The notes beneath the pieces were generated by a model. The model did not search any database. It saw nothing but the letters and a program-made list of their open reading frames with translations, and had not been told where the DNA came from. DNA of 64,000 bases, taken from the NCBI GenBank assembly GCA_963772345.1, contig CAVYXB010000004.1, forward strand, positions 88,228 to 152,227, in the 5' to 3' direction. Both the position numbers and the translations under genes were made by a program. This DNA is from an uncultured bacterium (lineage in GTDB: Bacteria > Actinomycetota > Thermoleophilia > Solirubrobacterales > 70-9). Below, piece after piece: positions 1 to 10,774 of the stretch (the first letter of the stretch is position 1; each line of letters begins with the position of its first letter).

Positions 1-829
1 CGACCTGGACGGGATCGATGGGTTGATCCACATCTCGGAGCTTTCCTGGAGCCACGTCAACCATCCCTCCGAGGTGCTCTCGGTGGGCGAGACGGTTCGC
101 GTCAAGGTGCTCGACATCGACCGCGAGCGCCAGCGGATCTCGCTCGGCCTGAAGCAGACTCAGGAGGACCCGTGGCGCAAGGTTTTGGACGAGTACCGCC
201 AGGGCGACGTCCTCGAGGGCAAGGTGACCAAGGTGGTCGCGTTCGGCGCCTTCGTCGAGATCATCCCGGGCGTCGAGGGCCTGGTCCACATCTCCGAGCT
301 GGCCGAGCACCACGTCGAAAGCCCGAGCGAGGTCGTGTCCCCGGGCGACGAGGTCTGGGTCCGGATCCTCGAGATCGACGAGAGTCGCCGCCGGATCTCG
401 CTCAGCGTCAAGCGCGCCGAGTCCCAGAATCTGCCGCTCAGGGACCTGATTCCGCCCGAGGTCGCCGAGAAGGCCCAGCAGCAGGCGGCGCCCGACGAGG
501 TCCCGGACCTCGACGTCTCGGAGGAGGTCTTCCCGGAGGCGCCGCCGGAGGAAGCCGGCGACGAGCCCGCGCCGGAGGCCGAGACGGCCGAGCCGACCGG
601 CGAGCGAGCCGAGGCGAGCGAGCCAGCCTCAGAAGCGCGACGAGTCACCGGAAGCCGGCGACAGCTGATGCCAGACTTCCGGGGGTGCACGCACCCCGGA
701 GCCGATCAACGGCAGCAGCCTGACGGCGACGCACCGCCCAAACCCGAGCAACGGCACAGCCTGTTGCGCCGCCTGACGGCGACGCACCGCCCAAACCCGT
801 CAACGGCACCAGCCTGTTGCGCCGCCTGA
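1..829 (+). CDS. rpsA: 30S ribosomal protein S1, C-terminal portion (5' end upstream of window)
   Basis: The frame is open from base 2 (track ORF 23..829). It carries S1 OB-fold repeats with GLIHISELSW, GLVHISELAEHH and RISLS(L/V)K motifs, then an acidic Pro/Glu/Ala tail. The last ~50 codons run through the tandem repeat, so the true stop may be earlier (TGA 666-668 or 721-723 in other frames if an indel is present). Confidence 0.9.
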   Translation, partial: DLDGIDGLIHISELSWSHVNHPSEVLSVGETVRVKVLDIDRERQRISLGLKQTQEDPWRKVLDEYRQGDVLEGKVTKVVAFGAFVEIIPGVEGLVHISELAEHHVESPSEVVSPGDEVWVRILEIDESRRRISLSVKRAESQNLPLRDLIPPEVAEKAQQQAAPDEVPDLDVSEEVFPEAPPEEAGDEPAPEAETAEPTGERAEASEPASEARRVTGSRRQLMPDFRGCTHPGADQRQQPDGDAPPKPEQRHSLLRRLTATHRPNPSTAPACCAA

Positions 830-850
830 CGGCGACGCACCGCCATTCGT
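707..850. repeat. Tandem direct repeat, ~52-53 bp period, 3 copies (first copy shortened)
   Basis: Copies at 707-748 (lacking ~11 internal nt), 749-800 and 801-850 share caacggcac(c)agcctgttgcgccgcctgacggcgacgcaccgcc. The embedded TGA recurs at 721, 774 and 827 (53-nt spacing), so it falls once in each forward frame. Confidence 0.85.
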
Positions 851-1430
851 TGGGCTGACCGGCGGGATCGCGGCCGGCAAGTCGGAGGCGCTGAGCGCGT
901 TTGCGCGGCTCGGGGCGGCGACGCTCTCCACGGACGAGCTTGCCCACGAGCTGCTCGACGACCCGCAGATGCGCACGCGGCTGGCCGAGCGCTGGGGCGA
1001 GCGGGTCGTGACGGATGGCGCCGTGGACCGGAAGCGGGTCGGCGAGATCGTGTTCGAGAGCCCGGAGGAGCTCGCGTGGCTCGAGTCGGTCCTTCATCCG
1101 CTGGTCGGCCTGCGGGTGGCCGAGTGGCGCGCCCAGGTTCCGACCGCGAGGCCCCTGGCGGTCGTCGAGGTGCCGCTGCTGTTCGAGGCGGGGCTCGAGG
1201 ACGTGTTCGACGCCACCGTCTCCGTGATCGCCGCCGACGGGACCCGAGCGAGACGAGCGGCCGAGCGTGGGACCGAGTTGCTCGAAGGCCGGAGCGACCG
1301 CCAGCTCTCCCAGGAGGAGAAGGCCGCCCGAGCCACCCACGTGATCCGCAACGACGGCACGCTCGAGGAGCTCGAGCGGCAGGTCGAGTCCATCGTCGCC
1401 GTCCTGACGGGGACCCGGGGGCGCGCATGA
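849..1430 (+). CDS. coaE: Dephospho-CoA kinase (start codon unresolved)
   Basis: The P-loop VGLTGGIAAGKSEALS is encoded from 849, in frame with track ORF 969..1430 (VVEVPLLFEAGL, RNDGTLEEL). There is no ATG/GTG/TTG in this frame between the stop at 774-776 and 969. The rpsA-coaE synteny is classic. TGA 1428-1430 overlaps the next ATG. Confidence 0.8.
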   Translation, partial: VGLTGGIAAGKSEALSAFARLGAATLSTDELAHELLDDPQMRTRLAERWGERVVTDGAVDRKRVGEIVFESPEELAWLESVLHPLVGLRVAEWRAQVPTARPLAVVEVPLLFEAGLEDVFDATVSVIAADGTRARRAAERGTELLEGRSDRQLSQEEKAARATHVIRNDGTLEELERQVESIVAVLTGTRGRA

Positions 1431-2056
1431 GCCCGGTGCGGACCATGGCGCGGGGCGGGCGGTCCCGCCAACCATCGGCGCCGAGGTCGCGCCGGCGCCG
1501 GTGGCTGTGGATCGGGGCCGCGGCGCTGCTCGGAATCGGCGTCGCGGTCGGCGTCAGCCGGATCGACTTCGAGAAGGCGCTTCGAGAGATCACGCTCCCG
1601 CTCCGGCACGACGACATCATTCGCCAGCAGGCGGCGGACAAGCATCTGGACCCGGCGCTGATCGCCGCGGTGATCTACGCGGAGTCCCGCTTCCGCGACC
1701 AGGAATCGCACGCCGGCGCCCTCGGGCTGATGCAGATCACGCCGCAGACGGCCGATGTGATCGCCCACCTGAGCGGCGGCACTCAGTTCGTCACCGGGGA
1801 CCTCTCGAACCCGGAGATCAACATTCGCTACGGCTCCTACTACCTGCGCTACCTCCTGGACCGCTACGACGGGAACGAGGTCGCGGCACTGGCCGCCTAC
1901 AACGCGGGCAGCGGAAACGCCGACCGGTGGGGCGGCGCGGCGCTCGACCTCGACGCGATCCGGTTCCCGGAGACGCGTGCCTACGTGGAAGAGGTCCTCG
2001 AAAAGCGCAAGGACTACGCGGACAACTACGCCGACGACCTGGGGCTGGCCCACTAG
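1427..2056 (+). CDS. Membrane-anchored lytic transglycosylase (SLT domain)
   Basis: ATG 1427 overlaps the coaE stop (ATGA). An Arg-rich N-terminus is followed by a TM helix (WLWIGAAALLGIGVAVGV). SLT motifs are present: AVIYAESRF, GLMQITPQTA, AAYNAGSGN. Confidence 0.85.
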   Translation: MSPVRTMARGGRSRQPSAPRSRRRRWLWIGAAALLGIGVAVGVSRIDFEKALREITLPLRHDDIIRQQAADKHLDPALIAAVIYAESRFRDQESHAGALGLMQITPQTADVIAHLSGGTQFVTGDLSNPEINIRYGSYYLRYLLDRYDGNEVAALAAYNAGSGNADRWGGAALDLDAIRFPETRAYVEEVLEKRKDYADNYADDLGLAH

Positions 2057-2092
2057 CGCGGTCCGGCGACGCGCGGCGGGCCAGGAGGCAAG

Positions 2093-4502
2093 ATGGAGCT
2101 GACGATCGCCTGGGTGCTGTTTCCGCTGGTCCTCCTGGCGCTCTGCGTGGGCTGCGGGTTGGCGCTCGAGCGACTCGTCGCGATTCCGCTCCCGGGCGCC
2201 CTGCTGCCCGCGATCGGGTTCGCCGTCATCGTCGTGGTCGCCCAGGTGCCCACGTTGTGGGACGCGACGGCCGGGCTCACGGTCCCCATCGTGGTCGCCT
2301 TGGCGATCGCGGGTTTCGCGCTGTCATGGGGGCGGTGGCGGCGCCCCGAGCCATGGGCGGTGGCGCTCGTTGATCCTCGTCTTCGCGGCCTACGCCGCGC
2401 CGATCGTGCTCTCCGGACAGGCGACCTTCGCCGGCTACATCAGGCTCGACGACACGGCCACGTGGATGGCTTTGACGGACCGGGTCATGGAGCACGGTCG
2501 CAGCCTGGCCGGCCTGGACCCGTCCACCTACGAGGCGACCCTCTCGTTCAACCTCGGCGACGGGTATCCGATCGGCGTCTTCCTTCCCCTGGGCGTCGCC
2601 CGCGCGCTGGTTGGCCAGGACGTCGCGTGGCTGATTCAGCCCTACATGGCCTTCGGCGGGGCGGTGCTCGGCCTGGCGCTATGGCAGCTCGCGGAGCCGA
2701 TCGTCCGCCCGCTTCCGCTCCGCGCTGCGGTGTCCTTGCTCGCCGCGCTCTCGGCGCTTCTCTTCGGCTACTACCTATGGGGGGGCATCAAGGAGGTCGC
2801 CGCCGCGGCGCTCCTGGCGAGCTGCGCCGGGCTGGCGGGATTCGCGATCCGCCAGCGGTTCGTGCCCCGGTGCGCTGATCCCCCTCGGGATCGCCGGCGC
2901 GCGCCCTGATCGGGGTGCTGAGCGGAGGAGGGGGGATCTGGCTGCTGGCGGTCCTGCTGCCGCTTGCGGCGTTCGCCGTCCGTGAGCTCGGGACGCGCGC
3001 CACGGCGCCGATCGCCGCGGCCTTCGCGATCTTCGTCGCGCTCCTCTGCGTTCCGGTTCTCGCGTCCGGCGGCTTCCTGCCGCCCACCTCCGCGTCGCTC
3101 AGCAGCGCCACCGCCCTGGGGAACCTCCTCCACCCGCTGAACGGGCTGCAGCTCTTCGGGATCTGGCCCGCGGGAGACTTCCGGGTGGATCCCGCGCATC
3201 TTGAGACCGTCTACGCGTTGATCGCGGTCGCGGCGGTGGGCGCGCTCGTCGGCCTCTACGCCGGATGGCGGACGCGGGCGTGGTCGATGCTCGTCTACGT
3301 GGGCGCGGCGCTCGTCGCCTTCGGCGTGATCGCGCTGATCGGCTCGCCGTGGATCGAGGGAAAGGCGATGGCGATCGCCTCCCCGGCGCTCCCGTTTGCC
3401 GCCTGCGCGGGCGCCGCTTGGCTCTGGGTCGGGGCGGGACGGAGAGTCCGCGTGTGGGAGCGGGTCGCCGGGGCCGCGATCCTCGCGATCGTCGGTACCG
3501 GCGTCGTTTGGTCGGGAGCGCTGGCGTATCGGGACGTCAACCTGGCGCCGCGCGACCAGTTGGCGGAGCTCGAGACGATCGGCCACCGGATCGCCGGGCA
3601 GGGCCCGACCTTGATGACCGAGTACCAGCCGTACGGCGTACGCCACTTCCTGCGCGACGCCGATCCGGAGGCGGCGTCCGAGCTGCGCCGCCGGCAGGTG
3701 CCCCTCAGAGACGGCCGCACGCTCCGCAAGGGGAAGAGCGCGGATACGGATCGCTTCCGCCTCGGCGGGCTCCTGGTCTATCGCACCCTCGTGCTCCGCC
3801 GTTCCCCCGTGCAGAGTCGCCCGCCCTCGCCCTATCGGCTGACGTGGCGCGGGCGACTACTACGAGGTCTGGCAGCGGCCCGGGGGCCTCGAGTCCTCGG
3901 TGATCGCCCACCTCGGGCTCGGCACCGACCGCGACCCGAGCGCGGTGCCGGCGTGCAGCGCGGTGCAGGGGCTCGCCCGCAAGGCGGGCCCGGGCGGGAC
4001 GCTCGCCGCCGCCAAGCGGCCTCCCGTCGAGACGATCCCGCTCCAGAAGACCTCGCATCCACCCGCCTGGCAGTGGGCGGCCTATCCGAGGAGCCTCCTG
4101 CCCGTGACCCCGGGGACGATCGGGGCGCGGGTCCGTGTGCCGCGCGCGGGTCGATACGAGATCTGGCTCGGGGGCTCGGTGCGGCCGGAGGTGGACCTCA
4201 CGGTCGACGGCCGACGGGTGGGCCAGGTGCGCCATCAGCTCAACAATGAGGGCGAGTACGTGCTGCTGGGCCGGGCCCGGCTCGGCAAGGGACGCCACGC
4301 GCTCGAGATCCGCTTTCACGGGGCCGACCTCCATCCCGGGAGCGGCGGAGCCCCCAGCCCCATAGGGCCCCTCCAGCTATCCGCGGGCGACACCGCCGAC
4401 GCACGCGTGAGCCAGCTCCCGAGCAAGCGGGCTGCGGAGCTGTGCGGCAAGCCCTGGGACTGGATCGAGGCCCTTGCCCCGGGTGGGACGGCGACCGACT
4501 AG
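2093..4502 (+). CDS. Large polytopic membrane protein with C-terminal soluble beta-rich domain (GT-C-like, function unknown); reading frame broken at least 3 times
   Basis: One continuous hydrophobic protein is recovered by joining track ORFs 2093.., 2370..2909, 2915..4249 and 3900..4502. Many TM stretches are followed by a soluble tail (GRYEIWLGGSVRPEVDLTVDGRRVGQV...GRHALEIRFHG). I recognise no specific family. Confidence 0.6.
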
Positions 4503-6008
4503 GTGGCCGTAGGCTCGACCTCGCGATCGTCGGGCCGCGTGTGGAACCGGTATCGGTCGCGCCCCGCGGCCTTGGCCTCGTACACCGCGATGTCGGCCTC
4601 GACCATCAGCTCCTCTGCCGTCTGCCTTCCGGACGTCGAGATGACCGCCACCCCGATGCTCGTCGTGACCCCCAGGCCCTTGCCATTGAACGCCGCCCGA
4701 TGGTCGCGCACGGCATCGACGAGCTTGTCGGCGACCATTCGGGCTCGGTCCTCGTCGGCGTGGGGCAGGATCACGGCGAGTTCGTCACCGCCCAGGCGGG
4801 CCAGGACGTCCGTCTCGCGCATCTCCTGCCGCAAGAGCTCTGCGATGCTCCGGATGACGGCGTCGCCGGCGTGGTGACCGAGGCTGTCGTTGATCAGCTT
4901 GAAATGGTCGAGGTCGAGCAGCAGCACCGCACCGCCCTCGCCGTATCGAGCCGCCTGGGCCAACCGGTCGACGAGCTCCGCCTCGAAGCGGCGGCGGTTC
5001 AACAGCCCAGTCAGGGGATCGTGGTCGGCGAGGTAGCGTAGCCGCGCCTGAATCCGCTCTCGCTCGGTGACGTCCCTGAAGCTCCACACGCGGCCGTGGA
5101 TCTCGCCGTCGACGCCGCGCTGGGGGCGCGAGTAGCGCTCCACGACGCGGCCGTCCTTGAAGCGCAGCATGTCGTGACCCTCGGCCTCAGGACGCCGATA
5201 GAGCTGATCCACCGTCTCGACGAAGCTCTCCGGCTCGAGCAGCTGGCTCGAGGCGAAGGCGAGCGCGCTGTCGTCGTCGCCCCGGTCGAGGATCTCCTGC
5301 GGGATCCGCCACATCTCCTTGAAGCGCTGGTTGAAGCTCACTATCCGACCGTCGCGGTCCACCACCAGGATCCCGTCGGCCGTGGACTCGAGGGTCGCGT
5401 GCTGAAGCGACAGGGATTCCTCGAGCTCGCGCTTGGAGCGCTCCTTCTCCGCGAGGCGGCGGTCGAGCAACTGCTTGATGTAGCCGAACAGGAGCGCGGT
5501 GACGATCACGCGAGCCCATGGTGATCAGCCATCGGGCGCCCTCCTCGCCGGATTCGCTTCCCACGGCGAGCACGACCGCGTAGCAGATGCCCACGAAGGC
5601 GATCTGGACGGCCGCCTGCCTGCGGCTGAAGAAGAAGGCCGCGTACAGCGCGACCCAGATGTAGAAGATCTCGGTGTCCGTCGGCCCGCCGCTGGCGAAG
5701 TAGGTCGCCGCCGTGATCACCACGGTCCCGAGGGCGAGCAGCAGCTGGAATGCGGCCGTGGACAGACGCGACCAGCGGAACCCGATCAGGAGGCACATCC
5801 CCGCCGCCAGGTCGCAGATCGCGAGCTCGGCCAGCTTCTCGTTTCGGCTCAGGCCGTCGGAGAGCGGGATCCCGGCGAGCCCGAGCAGGGTTCCCGCGGC
5901 GAACAGGAGCAGAAGCGTGGCGGCCATCGCCGCACGTTCGTCGTTCCCGTCGTCCAGGCTTCGGCGAGCGGCGTCGAGGCGCTGCCGGATCGATGTCACG
6001 AAGCGCAT
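4499..6008 (-). CDS. Membrane-bound PAS-GGDEF diguanylate cyclase (one frame break near 5510-5520)
   Basis: The N-terminal multi-TM sensor (track ORF 5187..6008) joins ORF 4499..5509. That ORF carries a PAS domain (ADGILVVDRDGRIVSFNQRF) and a GGDEF domain (DHFKLINDSLGHHAGD, RLGGDELAVIL). Confidence 0.85.
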
Positions 6009-6138
6009 AGGGAATCCCTGTGTGATGTCTTTCGGTAGGCGCGGGCCTGCGCTTTAGCCGCCGCGACCTCCGGCGCGGTCCCCGGGCGCTAGCCCGACGG
6101 CCTCGGGAGGCGGCCCCGGTGCCCGCTATCTTGGCTTG

Positions 6139-8142
6139 GTGCCGGAGTTCAAGCTCAACCCCGCCTACACGGCGACCGCCGATCAGCCCAGCGCGATCGC
6201 TTCGCTCGCCGAGGGCCTACGGGCGCGACGAGCGGTTCCTGACGCTGCTCGGGGCCACGGGGACCGGGAAGACGTTCACCATGGCGGGAACGATCGAGCG
6301 GCTTCAGCGTCCCGCCCTCGTGATCGCCCACAACAAGACGCTCGCCGCGCAGCTCTGCAACGAGTTCCGCGAGTTCTTCCCGGACAACGCGGTCGAGTAC
6401 TTCGTCAGCTACTACGACTACTACCAGCCGGAGGCGTACGTGCCGGCGCAGGACCTCTACATCGAGAAGGACTCGTCGATCAACGACGAGATCGATCGCC
6501 TCCGCCATTCCGCCACAGCGGCGCTGTTGGCCCGGCGCGACGTGGTGATCGTCGCCTCGGTCTCCTGCATCTACGGCATCGGGTCGCCCGAGCTCTACCG
6601 AGAGCAGATGCAGCTGTTCAAGGTTGGGGAGTGGGTTGACCGCGACGACCTGCTTCGAAAGCTGGTCGGGATGCAGTACGGGCGCAACGACACCAACTTG
6701 ACCCGGGGGACGTTCCGGGTCAAGGGAGAGCTGCTCGAGGTCTTTCCGGCCTATGCCGAGACGGCGTACCGGATCGCGCTGTTCGGCGACGAGGTGGAGG
6801 GGATCCAGCACTTCGACCCGCTGACCGGGGAGGTGCTGGACGAAATCGACCACGTCGCTGTCTGGCCCGCGACCCACTACGTCACGAAGGAGGAGACGGT
6901 CGAGCGTGCGGTGGGCGAGATCAAGCAGGAGATGAACGAGCGGGTGGCCTGGTTCGAGGAGCGAGGCAAGCTGCTCGAGGCTCACCGTCTGCGGCAGCGC
7001 ACCGAGTACGACATCGAGCTCCTCAAGGAGCTCGGCTTCGCTCCGGGAATCGAGAACTACTCGCGGATCATCGACGGCGCGAGCCGAGGGCAGCCCGCCG
7101 CACACCCTCATCGACTACTTCCCCGATGACTTCGTCGTCTTCGTGGACGAGTCGCATCAGACCGTCCCACAGCTCGGCGGGATGTACGAGGGCGATCGCT
7201 CGCGCAAGCAGACGCTCGTCGACCACGGGTTCCGGCTGCCGTCGGCGCTCGACAACCGCCCGCTGCGGTTCGAGGAGTTCTTGACGCAGGGTGGGGCAGA
7301 TGGTGATGGTCTCGGCGACCCCGGGCGACTTCGAGCGGGGCTCCTCGGCCCGCATCGTCGAGCAGATCGTCCGGCCGACGGGCATCGTGGATCCGGAGGT
7401 GGAGGTCCGCGAGACCCGCAATCAGATCGACGACCTGATGAACGAGGTCCGCCGCCGCGCCGAGGTGGAGGAGCGGACGCTCGTGACCACGCTGACCAAG
7501 AAGATGGCCGAGGACCTGACCGCCTACCTCCTCGAGCACGGCTTCCGGGTCCGCTACCTGCACTCCGAGATCGACACGCTCGAGCGAATCCAGATCGTGC
7601 GCGACCTCCGGCTGGGCGAGTACGACGTCCTCGTCGGCGTCAACCTGCTTCGGGAGGGCCTCGATCTGCCCGAGGTCTCGCTGGTGGCGATTCTGGACGC
7701 GGACAAGGAGGGATTCCTTCGCGGCGAGACCAGCCTCATCCAGACCATCGGCCGGGCGGCTCGAAACGTCCGCGGCCGGGTACTGATGTACGCGGACCGC
7801 GAGACCCAGGCGATGCGAACCGCGATCGGGGAGACCGACCGGCGGCGCGAGATCCAGCTCGCCTACAACCGCGAGCATGGAATCACGCCGGAGACGGTCC
7901 AGAAGGGGATCTCCGAGCTCACCGAGTTCCTCGCGATGGAGTCACGCTCCGCCCCCTCCCGCCGCCGGCGCGTCCAGGGCTCGGAGGAGATCCAGACCCC
8001 GGCGCAGCTCGAGAAGGTGATCGTGGAGCTCGAGGAGGAGATGCTCGCCGCCGCGGAGGACCTCCGCTTCGAGGAGGCCGCCCGGATCCGCGACGAGCTC
8101 AAGGAGCTGCGGCGAGACCTCGAGGCGCTTACGTCGAGCTGA
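6139..8142 (+). CDS. uvrB: Excinuclease ABC subunit B (reading frame broken at least 3 times)
   Basis: Four track ORFs join into one protein: 6136.. ([27 protein letters not shown]), 6119..7129 ([20 protein letters not shown]), 7143.. ([21 protein letters not shown]) and 7291..8142 (helicase C domain and the UVR motif [13 protein letters not shown]). TATCTT lies 6 nt upstream of GTG 6139. TTG 6136 is an alternative start. Confidence 0.93.
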
Positions 8143-8937
8143 GCTGGATCGGGCCGGAGAGCTCGCCGGCGATCAGTTGGGCGACGAGGGGGTCTGTCGA
8201 GGCGAACACGGCTTCGGCGGGCCCACTCGTGACGATCCGGCCCGCGTGGATGACCGCCGCGTAGTCGGCGAGCTGGCGAGCGGCCGCCATGTCGTGGGTC
8301 GTGACCAGGAAGGTGGCCGCGTTCCGGGCCTGGACGTCCCTGATCAGGTCGCAGAGCAACGCCAGTCGCACGCTGTCGATCCCGCTGTCGAAGTCGTCGA
8401 TGATCACGATGCGGGCCTCGAGCGCGAGGGCTCGCGCCAGGGCGGCTCGCTTGCGCATGCCCGAGGAGAGGGTGTCGGGCATGTCGTTCGCCCGGTCGGC
8501 CAGCCCGACCATCTCGAGGTGCTCGATCGTGACCTGGCCGATTCGCTCCTCCGGCCAGCGAGACATCCGGGCTCGCAGGGGGGAGGCGACGTTCTCGTAG
8601 AGGTTCAGCGAGAAGAACAGGCCGCAGGTGAACGGCTGGTTTCCCTGATGGGCGACGGCCATCCCGCGCCGCAGCTCGTTCAACCCCGTGTCGGAGACCG
8701 TCGCAAGGTCCCTGCCCTCGACCCTGACGGTCCCGGCGGATGGCGAATGAGGCCAACCATGTGGTTGATGGTCACCGTCTTCCCGGCCCCCGAGGGCCCA
8801 AGGAGAACAGTGATCGCCCCGCGCGGCACCGAGAGGTCGACGCCGTCCAGGCCGCGTTCCGCGCCGAAGCGCTTGACCACGCCGGTGAGCTCGATCGCGT
8901 ATCCGGATTCGCGCTCACCTGACACGGCTTCAATCAT
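8129..8937 (-). CDS. ABC transporter ATP-binding protein, MlaF/MceG (Mkl)-like, with no adjacent permease (one frame break ~8690-8750)
   Basis: Track ORFs 8680..8937 (Walker A GPSGAGKT) and 8129..8683 (signature LSSGMRKR, Walker [10 protein letters not shown]-loop TTHD) join into one protein. Its 3' end overlaps the uvrB 3' end by 14 bp (convergent). Confidence 0.8.
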
Positions 8938-8987
8938 AGGTCCGGCTCGCCCCTGGCGGACGACACCGAGGATGTAATCTCGGCCAG

Positions 8988-9570
8988 GTGGATGCCGAGG
9001 AGCTGATCAGGCAGGCGGCCGACAGCGTGCATTCCGCGCTCGACGAGGCGCGGCGGCGCGCAAAGGAGATCGTGGACGAGGCCGAGGGCGAGGCGAAGCG
9101 GATTCGAGCCGAGGCTGAGCAGGCCGCGAGCCGGATTCGCGGGGAGGCCGAGGGCCAGGCCCAGCGCCGGCTCGAGGACGTCCGCAACGCCCTCGACCAG
9201 CTCGAGGGAAGCCTCACCTCATCCCAAGACGGGCACCGCGGGCGAGACGGCGCGAGTGTGGCGACCGACGCCGAGATTCAGCCCGGGCCCGTGACCGTTC
9301 CCGAGCCCGCGCCGCCCGCCACCCCGGAGCCGATGCCCGAGCCCGGCCCCGAGCCGTCCGGAGCCGGTGCCTGAGCCCACGCCTTCCCCGGACGAGACGG
9401 ATCCCCCCTCGCCGACCCCGTCGAACGACGCCGCAGCGCGACTGGTGGCCATGAAGCTCGCACTCGACGGCACTTCCCGCGAGGATGCCCGCAAGCGGCT
9501 GGCCGCCGACTACGACGTCGCCGACCTCGACGTCCTTCTGGACGAGGTCTACGCGAGGGCCGGGCACTAA
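8988..9570 (+). CDS. Hypothetical protein: N-terminal Glu/Ala/Arg coiled coil, Pro-rich linker, small helical C-terminal domain (one frame break ~9365)
   Basis: Track ORFs 8988..9374 and 9367..9570 abut in different frames inside a PEPxP low-complexity tract. Third-position G+C looks coding-like. I recognise no family. Confidence 0.5.
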
Positions 9571-9614
9571 TTCCAACGCCGTACAAGCGCCTGTGGGCCA
9601 TCCGACGGGCGAGG

Positions 9615-10766
9615 GTGCCGATGCTGGGCGCCCTCATCGGGCGGCTGCCCATCGCCGCCCTATCGCTGTCGACGATCATCCTGGTCCGCCACGAGACCGG
9701 GTTCGTTCGCGGTTGCCGGCGTGGTCGAGGCGTGCGTGGGGATCGCCGCCGCGGTGTCGCTGCCGGTGCAGGGGCGGCTGGTGGACCGTTTCGGGCAGAC
9801 CGCCGTGCTGGTGCCGGCCGCGGCCCTCAACCCGATCGCCCTCGTCGCGCTGGTGGTGGCGGCGAAGGACGGCGCGAGCTCGGCCGTGCTTGCGGCGATC
9901 GGCGCCCTGTCGGGGGCGAGTTTCCCGGCGATGTCGTCGTGCATGCGGACGCTGTGGTCGGACCTCGTGCCGGATCCCGTGCTCCGGCAGAGCGCCTTCG
10001 CCCTGGATGCGGTGCTGCTGGAGGTGTGCTTCATCGTCGGGCCGCTGGCAACCGGGGCGTTGGTCGGGGCCGGTTGGCCGGCCGCGGCTGTGCTCGCCAA
10101 CGCCGGCTTCTCGACCATGGGGACGCTCGTGTTCGCGGCCTCCCGCGCGTCGCGCTCCTGGCGTGGCAGCCGGGACTCACGCGCACTGGGCGGGGCCCCT
10201 GCGCTCGGGAGGCATCCTCGTGCTCCTGCTCACCGAGCTCGATGTTCGGAGTCGCCGTCGGCGCGATGGAGATCTCCACCACCGCGTTCGCGACCCACCA
10301 CGGATCGCCTGGGCTTGCCGGCGGTCTGATCGCGGTGCAGGCCGCGGCCAGCATGGCCGGCGGCCTCTGGTACGGGTCCCGCCGTCACGAGACTCGGGCG
10401 GGGCAGCGGTACCCGCGCCTCTGCCTCTTCGTCGCGCTCGGCTTCGCCCCTCTGATCCTGATGGGCTCGGTGGCCAGCGCGATCCCGCTGATGGCGCTGA
10501 GCGGCTTCGCGTTCGCGCCGGCCGGCGCCGTCCTCTACATGCTGCTCGACGAGCTGGCGCCGCCGGGCGGCGCCACCGAGGCCTCGACCTGGCTGATCAC
10601 CGCCGTCGTCACCGGGGTGGCCGGCGGAACCGCGGTGGGAGGGGGACTCGTGAGTGGGGGCAACGCCTCTCGCGGATTCGCCGCCGCCGTGGTCGCCGCG
10701 GCGCTGTCATGGCTGGCCGCATACCTGGGTCGTCCCCTGCTTCAGTCGTCGCCTGAGCCCGCCTGA
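9615..10766 (+). CDS. MFS transporter (reading frame broken at least twice)
   Basis: Hydrophobic segments from ORF 9615.., ORF 9721..10329 and the tail of 9615..10766 join into a ~12-TM protein (VQGRLVDRFGQT is an MFS loop 2-3-like motif). The substrate is unknown. Confidence 0.7.
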   Translation: MPMLGALIGRLPIAALSLSTIILVRHETGFVRGCRRGRGVRGDRRRGVAAGAGAAGGPFRADRRAGAGRGPQPDRPRRAGGGGEGRRELGRACGDRRPVGGEFPGDVVVHADAVVGPRAGSRAPAERLRPGCGAAGGVLHRRAAGNRGVGRGRLAGRGCARQRRLLDHGDARVRGLPRVALLAWQPGLTRTGRGPCAREASSCSCSPSSMFGVAVGAMEISTTAFATHHGSPGLAGGLIAVQAAASMAGGLWYGSRRHETRAGQRYPRLCLFVALGFAPLILMGSVASAIPLMALSGFAFAPAGAVLYMLLDELAPPGGATEASTWLITAVVTGVAGGTAVGGGLVSGGNASRGFAAAVVAAALSWLAAYLGRPLLQSSPEPA

Positions 10767-10774
10767 GCGTCACG

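Noticed and set aside
707-850. CRISPR array
   Set aside because: The repeats are directly adjacent with no unique spacers, there are only three copies, there are no cas genes, and the array lies inside an operon junction.
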